Shown here piece by piece: positions 7,559 to 14,605 of a DNA stretch of 32,000 bases. The stretch covers positions 115,390-147,389 of the forward strand of contig JAJDTY010000023.1 in the NCBI GenBank assembly GCA_022826945.1. Direction: 5' to 3'. The number at the start of each line of letters is the position of its first letter. Within the stretch, counting starts at the first letter, position 1. Both the position numbers and the translations under genes were made by a program. Below the pieces are notes generated by a model, which searched no databases, was not told the DNA's origin, and saw only the letters and a program-made list of their open reading frames with translations. This DNA comes from Candidatus Binatia bacterium. Lineage in GTDB: Bacteria; Desulfobacterota; Binatia; Bin18.

Positions 7559-7650
7559 GAGAGGGGGCGCTGCCAGGGCGTGTGATCCTAGGGAGGCGGA
7601 CCAACATTGCACCTAGCAACGCCAGGGGGAGGGACAACATTTCTTTTCTC
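7559..7650. repeat. Tandem intergenic repeat R, copy 2
   Basis: GAGAGGGGGCGCTGCCAGGGCGTGTGATCCTAGGGAGGCGGACCAACATTGCACCTAGCAACGCCAGGGGGAGGGACAACATTTCTTTTCTC. Roughly three quarters identical to copy 1 by eye. Confidence 0.75.
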
Positions 7651-7666
7651 TATGTTTCCCTCTTGT

Positions 7667-7706
7667 ATGACACCATTGTGACTCGCTGATGAAAAATGTG
7701 TGACAC
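7667..7706 (-). promoter_or_regulatory. Array of four Pho-box-like heptamers with 11-bp phasing
   Basis: Minus strand reads GTGTCAC-ACAT-TTTTCAT-CAGC-GAGTCAC-AATG-GTGTCAT (7706..7667). These are the same heptamer types as in the porin and receiver promoters. No convincing -10 lies downstream. Confidence 0.5.
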
Positions 7707-7804
7707 TGCTAGGTTGCACCCGTTCAGGACGCTCTCATCTCATTCCAGGCCATTCATCTTTTGCGATTTGGCAGCTACAGTTCGGACGAGAAGCGATACG
7801 ACGC

Positions 7805-9202
7805 ATGGAAGCACAGACGACATATCCACCGGTTGCCGCGGCCTCTCCTCAGGGTCACCCGCAACCGCCTTCCCTCGAACATCTCGTCATTCAGGCCGAG
7901 CTGGGTCACGACGAGATGGTGCGGACGGGGATAGCCGCCTTACATCCGGCGGATACCGCAGAGTTATTGAATGTGCTGGAAGAGCCTGAGGTGAAGTTTA
8001 AGGTGTTTGGCTTTCTGGCCGTACCGCAAGCAGCCGAAGTCTTAAGTCTCGTTTCCGCACACACCCAAGACGATCTTGTTGAACGCTTGTCGGATGACGG
8101 GCTCGGGGACCTGATCGAATATCTTGACTCTGATGATGCCACGGACTTGCTAGCCTCCCTCTCGGCCCGCCGCGCCAAAGCTATCCTCGACGAAGTACCA
8201 CAGGACCTGTCCGATGAGGTCACGCAACTCTTGCGCTATCCCGAGGATACGGCTGGCGGGATCATGCAAGTCGAGTATATGGCTGTGTCCCAAGGGACGC
8301 GTATCGACCAAGCCACTGAGATGATTCGCAGCCGGAGCGATGAAATTCCGGATATCCACAGCGTCTTTATCGTCAATAACACCAATCGCCTGGTCGGCGT
8401 CCTCCCCCTCCGAAAGTTTATTCTCGCCCGCTCGGCCGATCTTGTCGAAACCGTCATGGACCAGCAGGTCATTTCGGTTCGGGCGGACCTGGACCAAGAA
8501 CAGGTCGCCCAGATGTTCAAGAAATATGACCTGATCTCTTTGCCCGTGGTTGATAGCGCGGGGTGCTTACTCGGGCGTATTACGGTCGATGACGTGGTTG
8601 ATGTCATGGAGGAGGAGGCGACGGAAGACATTTATAAGCTTGCCGGTCTGGATGAAGAGGAAGAAGTGCTGGACTCGCCCTGGCAGTCCATCCGTCTTCG
8701 TTTGCCCTGGCTGGCACTCAATTTGGTGACCACCACGCTGAGCGCCCTTGTCATTGCCTTTTTTGAAGGAACGATTCAGCAAATTGCCATTGCTGCGGCC
8801 TTTATGACGATTGTCGCGGCCCAAGGTGGGAATGCTGGCGTGCAAACACTGACCGTCATCGTTCGGGGTATCGCGCTGGGGGAAGTCCCGCTGACCCAAA
8901 CCAAGCGAGTGTTAGTCAAGGAACTGACTATCGCGCTGGGCAATGGTCTGGCTCTTGGTGCTGCGGCTGGCGTTGTTGCCTACCTGTGGAAGGGCGATGC
9001 CACACTGGGGATCGTGCTGGCGCTGGCGCTGCTGGCCAACTTGATCATTGCGGCGTTTGTCGGGAGTGTGGTCCCTCTGACTCTCCGCCGCCTGGGTGTT
9101 GACCCGGCGGTGGCCTCAAACGTGTTTGTGACAGCCTGTACCGATATTTTTGGCTTTTTGTCTTTTTTGGGCATTTTAACCTTGTTCTTACAATTTATCT
9201 GA
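7805..9202 (+). CDS. mgtE: Magnesium transporter MgtE
   Basis: ORF track 7700..9202. MgtE N-domain, tandem CBS region (HSVFIVNNTNRLVGVLPLRKFI; YDLISLPVVDSAGCLLGRITVDDVVDVMEEEATED) and a C-terminal TM domain (GGNAGVQTLTVIVRGIALGE). I moved the start to ATG 7805 (MEAQTTYPP...), because 7700-7706 belongs to the heptamer array and the upstream 35 codons have no MgtE counterpart. Confidence 0.85.
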   Translation: MEAQTTYPPVAAASPQGHPQPPSLEHLVIQAELGHDEMVRTGIAALHPADTAELLNVLEEPEVKFKVFGFLAVPQAAEVLSLVSAHTQDDLVERLSDDGLGDLIEYLDSDDATDLLASLSARRAKAILDEVPQDLSDEVTQLLRYPEDTAGGIMQVEYMAVSQGTRIDQATEMIRSRSDEIPDIHSVFIVNNTNRLVGVLPLRKFILARSADLVETVMDQQVISVRADLDQEQVAQMFKKYDLISLPVVDSAGCLLGRITVDDVVDVMEEEATEDIYKLAGLDEEEEVLDSPWQSIRLRLPWLALNLVTTTLSALVIAFFEGTIQQIAIAAAFMTIVAAQGGNAGVQTLTVIVRGIALGEVPLTQTKRVLVKELTIALGNGLALGAAAGVVAYLWKGDATLGIVLALALLANLIIAAFVGSVVPLTLRRLGVDPAVASNVFVTACTDIFGFLSFLGILTLFLQFI

Positions 9203-9243
9203 AAGGGTGACACAAGCGTCCCTTCCGTCGTGTAAGGAAGTCT

Positions 9244-9972
9244 ATGCAAAGAGGAAATGCGTCCGGCATCTCAGGTCTATTGGAAGACCCGTTTTCTCTT
9301 TGTGCCGCATCCCTGCTTATGGCGGCCATCAGTCTTTGCCTCATCGGCTGCTCTGAAACCCTGATCCCAACTCTTCCGCCGGCATCAACCCATACGCCCG
9401 TGGCTCAGCTCGCCCAAGAGGGAAAGCTGGACCCGGACGGTATCTGGTCGGACGACAACCAAGCCATTGAGTTTTCTGTTCCCGCGGAACAACTTGCCGC
9501 CCTGGTGATCCAGGCCGCAAAAACCGAAGGCTGGCACGCACGCGATACGGTGAATAAATATAAACCTCACCCCCTTTCTCCTCCTGAAGGGAGGAAGGGC
9601 GACACGTATTTCGTTCATCTGTTGAACCCGTTCGAAGAGCACTGGTTCGGGTATGCGCAACACGACATCATGATTTACACCACACAGGGGAGGAGCGCGG
9701 TCCAGGTTTCGGATGGAGGGCCGATTGGTGGAGACGATGAAAGTGCTCTCCCACGCACGCTTCTGGACCCGGTTCGGGAGCATGTTCAGGCCTATTTGGC
9801 CGGTCGCCCGCTTACGGTCCGAGAAAAGCGTCAACTCCGCGAGGCCGCGCTCGCTCACCCAGAACGCCTCCCAGAGGAGCGTCTGAACGATATTAAGCGT
9901 CTGCGCGACCAGGGTTATCTCAACGCCGAAGAATACGAACGGAAACGGGCAGAAATTCTGAAATCATTGTAG
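9244..9972 (+). CDS. Hypothetical lipoprotein with a C-terminal SHOCT domain
   Basis: Lipobox SLCLIGC. C-terminus ERLNDIKRLRDQGYLNAEEYERKRAEILKSL is SHOCT-like. AAGGAAG lies 4 nt upstream of ATG 9244. Codons 2-20 are repeat-derived, so the true start is uncertain (next ATG 9319). Confidence 0.6.
   Translation: MQRGNASGISGLLEDPFSLCAASLLMAAISLCLIGCSETLIPTLPPASTHTPVAQLAQEGKLDPDGIWSDDNQAIEFSVPAEQLAALVIQAAKTEGWHARDTVNKYKPHPLSPPEGRKGDTYFVHLLNPFEEHWFGYAQHDIMIYTTQGRSAVQVSDGGPIGGDDESALPRTLLDPVREHVQAYLAGRPLTVREKRQLREAALAHPERLPEERLNDIKRLRDQGYLNAEEYERKRAEILKSL
9248..9302 (-). repeat. Palindromic repeat family X, copy at the 5' end of the lipoprotein ORF
   Basis: AAAGAGGAAATGCGTCC-GGCATCTCAGGTCTATTGGAA-GACCCGTTTTCTCTTTG. 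The centre is nearly identical to that of copy 2576-2629. Confidence 0.8.
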
Positions 9973-10091
9973 GGGCAGGCAGGCACCTATCAATTTCTCT
10001 AATAATAGAAATTCGCATAATTCAGGCTGAGTTATCTTCCCAAGCCGGTTTGTTCGTGCTATGAAATCCCTCATACTGGTTATGAATACAG

Positions 10092-10174
10092 GCATACATA
10101 GCTGAGTTCTCCCCGACTCAGCGTGTATCGAGGCCCGCAGGTTTCCCCTCCTTTTTCCTGCGGGCCTTTTTTGT
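10092..10174 (+). repeat. Hairpin plus intrinsic-terminator module Y, copy A (candidate small RNA or terminator cassette)
   Basis: GCTGAGT-tctcccc-GACTCAGC (10101-10122), then GGCCCGCAGG-tttcccctccttttt-CCTGCGGGCC-TTTTTT (10132-10172; perfect 10-bp stem, T6). About 88 percent identical by eye to 15696-15777. Confidence 0.7.
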
Positions 10175-10277
10175 TTCCTACGGATGACAGGACAACGACG
10201 CCCGGAAGATAGAAATATAACAAAAAGCGATAATCCAGATGAGAGCGCCTGGGGAGTGCATACTCTGGCTCTGTCCC

Positions 10278-10295
10278 GTGTCATAGAAGTTTCAA
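10278..10295 (+). promoter_or_regulatory. Weak Pho-box-like pair upstream of the PlcP-like operon
   Basis: GTGTCAT-AGAA-GTTTCAA. The first heptamer is 6/7 to CTGTCAT and the second is TTTTCAC-like. The nearest -10-like hexamer (TAACAT, 10314-10319) is 18 nt away, which is farther than expected. Confidence 0.3.
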
Positions 10296-10340
10296 CCTCA
10301 AGAGACTCCAGCGTAACATGCGCTCCTTATACTCAGCCCC

Positions 10341-11156
10341 GTGGTACGAGGTATTGCCAGCCGGCCAACCGGCCTGAAGCGGTCCGGCCAGTCCTCGCGG
10401 CTCTTCATCCCGCCGCTCAAGCCGGCCTTCCCCCGCCCGGTCACCACCTTGCCCGTCGAGCGGCGGGTCAGGGCCACCGCCGTCGATACGCTGATCGTCT
10501 CCGATGTGCACCTCGGAACCGAGGTGAGCCGGGCGTCCGCCCTGCTTGCCACGCTCAAGCGCTCGACCTTTAACCGGCTCATCCTGCTCGGCGACATCTT
10601 TGACGAGCTGAACTTCGCTAAACTCCACCCCGGTCACTGGAGCCTCCTCTCTCATGTTCAAAAGTTGGCGGTACCCCGAAGTGGGATTGAGGTGGTCTGG
10701 GTCGAGGGAAACCATGATCGGCTGCTATCCAAAGTGATTCGGACTTTTCTTGGTATTCCGATCTACAAACGGTATGAATGGGTCCATAGAGGAAAAAAGT
10801 TGCTGGCCCTGCATGGTCATCAGTTTGATACCTTCATCACCCGCTATCCGTATATTACCGGCTCCGCGGACCATCTCTACCGAACCATCCAACGTATTGA
10901 GCCGCGTCACTACCGCTTAAGCCGTCTCCTCAAGCAGAACAGCAAAACATGGCTCCGTATCTCCGAGCAGATCGCCTGGGGAGCATTATCGTATGCAAAA
11001 AAACGGGGCGCGACCCAGATTTTCTGCGGGCACACGCATTATCCCATGTCGCAGCAATCTGCCGGAGTGACGTACTATAACGCGGGTTGCTGGACAGAGA
11101 CACCGGCAACGTTCATCACAGTGAGTGATTGTGTGGCATTGCGCGAGTGTATGTAA
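10341..11156 (+). CDS. Calcineurin-type metallophosphoesterase, LpxH/PlcP-like
   Basis: Motifs SDVHLG, LLGDIFD, EGNHD, LHGHQFD, CGHTHYP. The track start is GTG 10341; TTG 10449 (12 codons before TLIVSDVHLG) is an alternative. No clear SD for either. Confidence 0.75.
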   Translation: MVRGIASRPTGLKRSGQSSRLFIPPLKPAFPRPVTTLPVERRVRATAVDTLIVSDVHLGTEVSRASALLATLKRSTFNRLILLGDIFDELNFAKLHPGHWSLLSHVQKLAVPRSGIEVVWVEGNHDRLLSKVIRTFLGIPIYKRYEWVHRGKKLLALHGHQFDTFITRYPYITGSADHLYRTIQRIEPRHYRLSRLLKQNSKTWLRISEQIAWGALSYAKKRGATQIFCGHTHYPMSQQSAGVTYYNAGCWTETPATFITVSDCVALRECM

Positions 11157-11191
11157 ACGAACAGGCCATTCCATGGAAGGACGGCATCGGC

Positions 11192-13510
11192 ATGCTGGAT
11201 GAGATAGGACAGGAATGGCTCGCCTATTTTGGCGGAGACTCGACAGCTCTATGGACGTTTGCTCTGGAAGATATCCGGCTTGGTCTCGGGCTCGCGGCGG
11301 GTGGCTTAATAGCACTGTCGATTGGACGCCGGCTTAGGACTGGACTGGTGACCCTTCGCGCCGCGGCCTTCGTCCCCTTCTTCTCTCGGTTTCTGTCCAA
11401 ATGGGTCAAGTCATACGATTATTCGGACGAGGAATTCTTTCGCGCAGATGGGGCGGAAGAGAAGTGGATACCGCCTCGTAAACATGCCCTTACGCGGTTG
11501 GCGGCCTATTTTCAGGCATATCATACCCAATCGATTGCATGGGGGAATGCTATCCGTGACAGCTTTTCCGACTTACGCTTTACCGACGCCAACCGGGTTC
11601 CTTTCCCTTTCATGCGTGTCGTCCGCGAGAAGTTTAACCTGTGCTCAGTAGTGACTGCCTCGGATGGCCCGAAGTTGTGCGATCTGGACGAACATTGGAC
11701 ACTTGATGTGAGCGGATCCTATGGTGTCAATGTCGCAGGCTTCAACCGCTATAAAGAGTGGCTGCAAAAGGGCTGGGAGCATGTGAAGGACCTGGGGCCA
11801 GTGCTTGGACCGCTACATCCGCTAGTGGCGGATAATGTGGCCATGCTCAAGTCTATTTCAAAGCTTGACGAAATCTCCTTTCACATGAGCGGGACCGAAG
11901 CAGTTATGGCTGCGGTTCGCCTCGCCCGATTTAACACACGGAGAAAGCTGATCGTCTGCTTCTCGGGTGCCTATCACGGCTGGTGGGATGGTGTGCAGCC
12001 GGGGCTAGGCAGTGAGCGCGACCTCAGCGACTGTCTGACTCTCAAAGACATGCACCCGGCTTCGCTCAATGTATTACGAAGGCGAGCACAGGAGATTGCC
12101 GGTGTTCTGGTAAATCCAGTGCAGTCATTTCATCCCAACTCACCCCCACCCAGCGATGCCGTCCTGCTGACCAGTGCCGTTCGTGACGCAGTCGGAAAAA
12201 CACACGACGAGCACACACCCTACGCGGCCTGGCTACATCAATTACGGGAGGTGTGTACCGCCAATAACATTCCTCTGATTTTTGACGAGGTGTACACCGG
12301 CTTTCGCCTCGCTCCAGGTGGAGCCCAAGAATACTTTAGCGTTCAGGCGGACATGGTGGTGTACGGTAAGACCGTTGCCGGAGGGATGCCTATTGGCGTG
12401 GTGTGCGGCACGGCCGCTCTCATGCGGCGCTTTGATCCTGCGCATCCTATGCGCATCGCGTATGTCATCGGGACGTTTTCCGCCCATCCACTGGTGATGG
12501 GGACCATGTACGAGTTTTTATGTTGGGTGACCCAGCCCGCCACCGCCACGCTCTACGCTCAGGCATCCCGACAGTGCAGCCAATGGGCTCGGGAAACAAA
12601 CCAAAAACTTGCGGACACCGGGCTCCCGGTGCGAATTGTACATCTCGTGACAGTCTGGACAGTGCTCTTTCAGGAATCAAGTCGATACAACTGGCTCCTG
12701 CAATACTATCTGCGTGCTGAGGGCCTGACCTTAAGTTGGGTGGGTACCGGGCGTTGTTTAAGCAGCCTTGACTTTACCCGAGCAGACTATAGGGAGCTTC
12801 AAGCCAAGCTGTTCGCTGCGGCGCTGAAGATGAAACGCGATGGATGGTGGTTAAGCGAACACGAACAACCGGGAAGGGAGAAAAGAATGCGGTCTCGTCT
12901 GGTGCGGGAAATGCTCGGCAGTCTGGTACAGGTCCCCCGACCGATAAAAAGTTTTTACGCAGAGGTCATGCGGCGGAAAAAAGATGACCATGTCGCTTCG
13001 CATAGCAATGCGGTTAATCAATTTTTTCATATTCTGAGTTCAAGTGTCTTTCTGTACTGCTATGTGCTGCTGTTTTCGGATTTGACGACGGCAGTCTGCT
13101 GGAGTCTGGCTGCGCTTCTGGTGCGGCAGGTCGGGCATGCGCTCATCGAACCGCCGTGTCACGACAAAGAGACCCTGCTCTTGGGCTTCAACACACGCAA
13201 CAAGTCGCTCATCGTTACCGGCTATGTGCTGATCCCGGTACTGCATATGGGCTCTGCCGGGGACTGGACGCTGACCTTCCTGAGCAGCCAGCTTGCGAGC
13301 ATTGCACACCACTGGTTTGTCCTCACCCTGCTGGTGGTGACCGGACGTGTGGCCTATCTCATCTGGGCGCACGATTTTCGGATTTCCATGATCTGGTTTA
13401 TCAAACTCATCACCGACCCCCTGACTGATATTATGGCCTACTCCCCCCGCTATCTGCGCCCCTGCCGGGTCCTGCTCCCGCCCTACACTCGTCAGCACCA
13501 GAATCAGTGA
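11192..13510 (+). CDS. Fusion protein: class-III (HemL/GSA-aminomutase-like) PLP aminotransferase plus a C-terminal Mpo1/DUF962-like polytopic membrane domain
   Basis: ORF track 11129 (TTG)..13510. I prefer ATG 11192 (GGAAGGA 10 nt upstream). Motifs SGTEAVMAAVRLAR, AYHGWWDG, DEVYTGFR, VYGKTVAGGMPIG (PLP Lys). From ~residue 600 (track numbering) DDHVASHSNAVNQFFH is followed by several hydrophobic helices. Confidence 0.7.
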   Translation: MLDEIGQEWLAYFGGDSTALWTFALEDIRLGLGLAAGGLIALSIGRRLRTGLVTLRAAAFVPFFSRFLSKWVKSYDYSDEEFFRADGAEEKWIPPRKHALTRLAAYFQAYHTQSIAWGNAIRDSFSDLRFTDANRVPFPFMRVVREKFNLCSVVTASDGPKLCDLDEHWTLDVSGSYGVNVAGFNRYKEWLQKGWEHVKDLGPVLGPLHPLVADNVAMLKSISKLDEISFHMSGTEAVMAAVRLARFNTRRKLIVCFSGAYHGWWDGVQPGLGSERDLSDCLTLKDMHPASLNVLRRRAQEIAGVLVNPVQSFHPNSPPPSDAVLLTSAVRDAVGKTHDEHTPYAAWLHQLREVCTANNIPLIFDEVYTGFRLAPGGAQEYFSVQADMVVYGKTVAGGMPIGVVCGTAALMRRFDPAHPMRIAYVIGTFSAHPLVMGTMYEFLCWVTQPATATLYAQASRQCSQWARETNQKLADTGLPVRIVHLVTVWTVLFQESSRYNWLLQYYLRAEGLTLSWVGTGRCLSSLDFTRADYRELQAKLFAAALKMKRDGWWLSEHEQPGREKRMRSRLVREMLGSLVQVPRPIKSFYAEVMRRKKDDHVASHSNAVNQFFHILSSSVFLYCYVLLFSDLTTAVCWSLAALLVRQVGHALIEPPCHDKETLLLGFNTRNKSLIVTGYVLIPVLHMGSAGDWTLTFLSSQLASIAHHWFVLTLLVVTGRVAYLIWAHDFRISMIWFIKLITDPLTDIMAYSPRYLRPCRVLLPPYTRQHQNQ

Positions 13511-14052
13511 ACGCGGTGAGTATCTGGACCTTTTTGGTTGTCGCTTTTGTCCTGAGCCTGGAACGCTTGTGCTATGCCTGGGTCTGGCGACATACCGACA
13601 TCTTTCGAGAACTGTGCACCCACCCAATGGTGACAGTCTTTGGACAGCCTATCGATGTGTTACGGAAGCTTTTTTACGGCTTTAAGGGGGTACAACTCGG
13701 GGTGTTCCTCTGGTGGTGTGTCGTGTACGGACAAGAATCGAACAGCTTGGCGAGTAGCGATACGGCAGCGCTTGGTGGCGGAATGATTCTTATCGTTGTC
13801 GGACAACTGCTCAACTTTATGGTGTTTTACCGCTTGGGCAAGGTTGGTGTATTTTACGGGAACAAGTTGGGCTATCCGATACCCCGCTGTTCCCTGTTCC
13901 CCTTCTCGATACTCCGCCATCCTCAATATATTGGAGCGGTTGCCTCCATCTGGGGCTTTTTTCTGGCCATGCGCTTTCCGCATGACGACTGGTACTTATT
14001 GCCCGTCCTTGAAACCGTCTACTATGCCTGGGGCGCGTATCTCGAGCGGTAA
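13507..14052 (+). CDS. PEMT/ICMT-family membrane methyltransferase (phospholipid N-methyltransferase-like)
   Basis: 181 aa and polytopic. C-terminal FPFSILRHPQYIGAVASIWGFFL matches the PEMT/ICMT SAM-binding region. The GTG start overlaps the upstream stop (GTGA). Confidence 0.65.
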   Translation: MNAVSIWTFLVVAFVLSLERLCYAWVWRHTDIFRELCTHPMVTVFGQPIDVLRKLFYGFKGVQLGVFLWWCVVYGQESNSLASSDTAALGGGMILIVVGQLLNFMVFYRLGKVGVFYGNKLGYPIPRCSLFPFSILRHPQYIGAVASIWGFFLAMRFPHDDWYLLPVLETVYYAWGAYLER

Positions 14053-14053
14053 C

Positions 14054-14605
14054 GTGTTTGTACTCGCTAGAAGATTCCTGCTTTGCACTCAAAGGCCAGC
14101 ACGCCCCGGCCTGTTTGTACTGGGGGTAGTACTCTGCGCGTGCGGGCTCCTGCCACGGCTGAGCCAGGCTGGCATCTTCGGTATCTGGGCACCCAAAGAT
14201 AATCGGGTCCAAGTCCAACTCTTTCCGTGTCGAGATGCAGTGTGTGGAAAGATCGTGCGGTTGCAGGAGGACGGGCAGACACCGGCGTGCCAACGACTCG
14301 ATCGAGAAAATCCAGACCCGGACAAACGGAGGCGCCGAGTACTGGGACTACAGATTGTGAACGGTTTTCGGCAAGCACACCCTCACCTGCCGACTGATCG
14401 GGAAATTCGTTGGGTTGGCGGGTTTATCTATAATCCGGACACCGGTGACACGCTGGGTGATTCGATTTTCAGCTATCAAATGGAACTGGTGACGGCCGAT
14501 ACACTGACGATTGGCTTCCAAGATTGTTGGCTGAGTTGTGCAGGAAACAGGACCTGGCAGCGCGTACACGCACCAGAACCCAGCCCAACCTGTCCCGATC
14601 TATGA
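14054..14605 (+). CDS. Secreted DUF2147-family protein
   Basis: Track ORF 13796..14605 overlaps the previous gene. In-frame GTG 14054 gives a signal-peptide-like N-terminus (FVLARRFLL...VLCACGLLPRLSQA). Also GIWAP...CGKIVRL...DRENPDPDKRRRRVLGLQIV...WVGGFIYNPDTGDT...TWQRV, which is DUF2147-like. Confidence 0.6.
   Translation: MFVLARRFLLCTQRPARPGLFVLGVVLCACGLLPRLSQAGIFGIWAPKDNRVQVQLFPCRDAVCGKIVRLQEDGQTPACQRLDRENPDPDKRRRRVLGLQIVNGFRQAHPHLPTDREIRWVGGFIYNPDTGDTLGDSIFSYQMELVTADTLTIGFQDCWLSCAGNRTWQRVHAPEPSPTCPDL

Noticed and set aside
7377-7640. 87-aa minus-strand ORF across the ppk-mgtE spacer
   Set aside because: It is built from the two tandem repeats and the Pho-box region. It has no SD, and its repetitive Pro/Leu-rich product looks like read-through of non-coding repeats.
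7769-7784. Sigma-54-like TGGCAG-N5-GTTCG before mgtE
   Set aside because: The -12 element lacks the TTGC core, so the match is too weak to call.
7301-7804. M-box (Mg2+) or other known riboswitch upstream of mgtE
   Set aside because: I found no match to the M-box, yybP-ykoY, NiCo, ZTP, glycine or fluoride consensus strings that I can recall. The region is reported only as unclassified repeats.
13040-13627. Long antisense ORFs inside coding regions (for example 13040-13627, 10281-10715, 17125-17793, 17691-18221, 19473-20081, 14476-15069)
   Set aside because: All overlap well-supported genes on the other strand. They have Arg/Pro/Gly-rich composition typical of GC-rich shadow frames and no motifs.
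13796-14053. Upstream 86 codons of the track ORF 13796..14605
   Set aside because: They overlap the PEMT-like gene in another frame. The DUF2147 homology and a signal peptide begin at in-frame GTG 14054.
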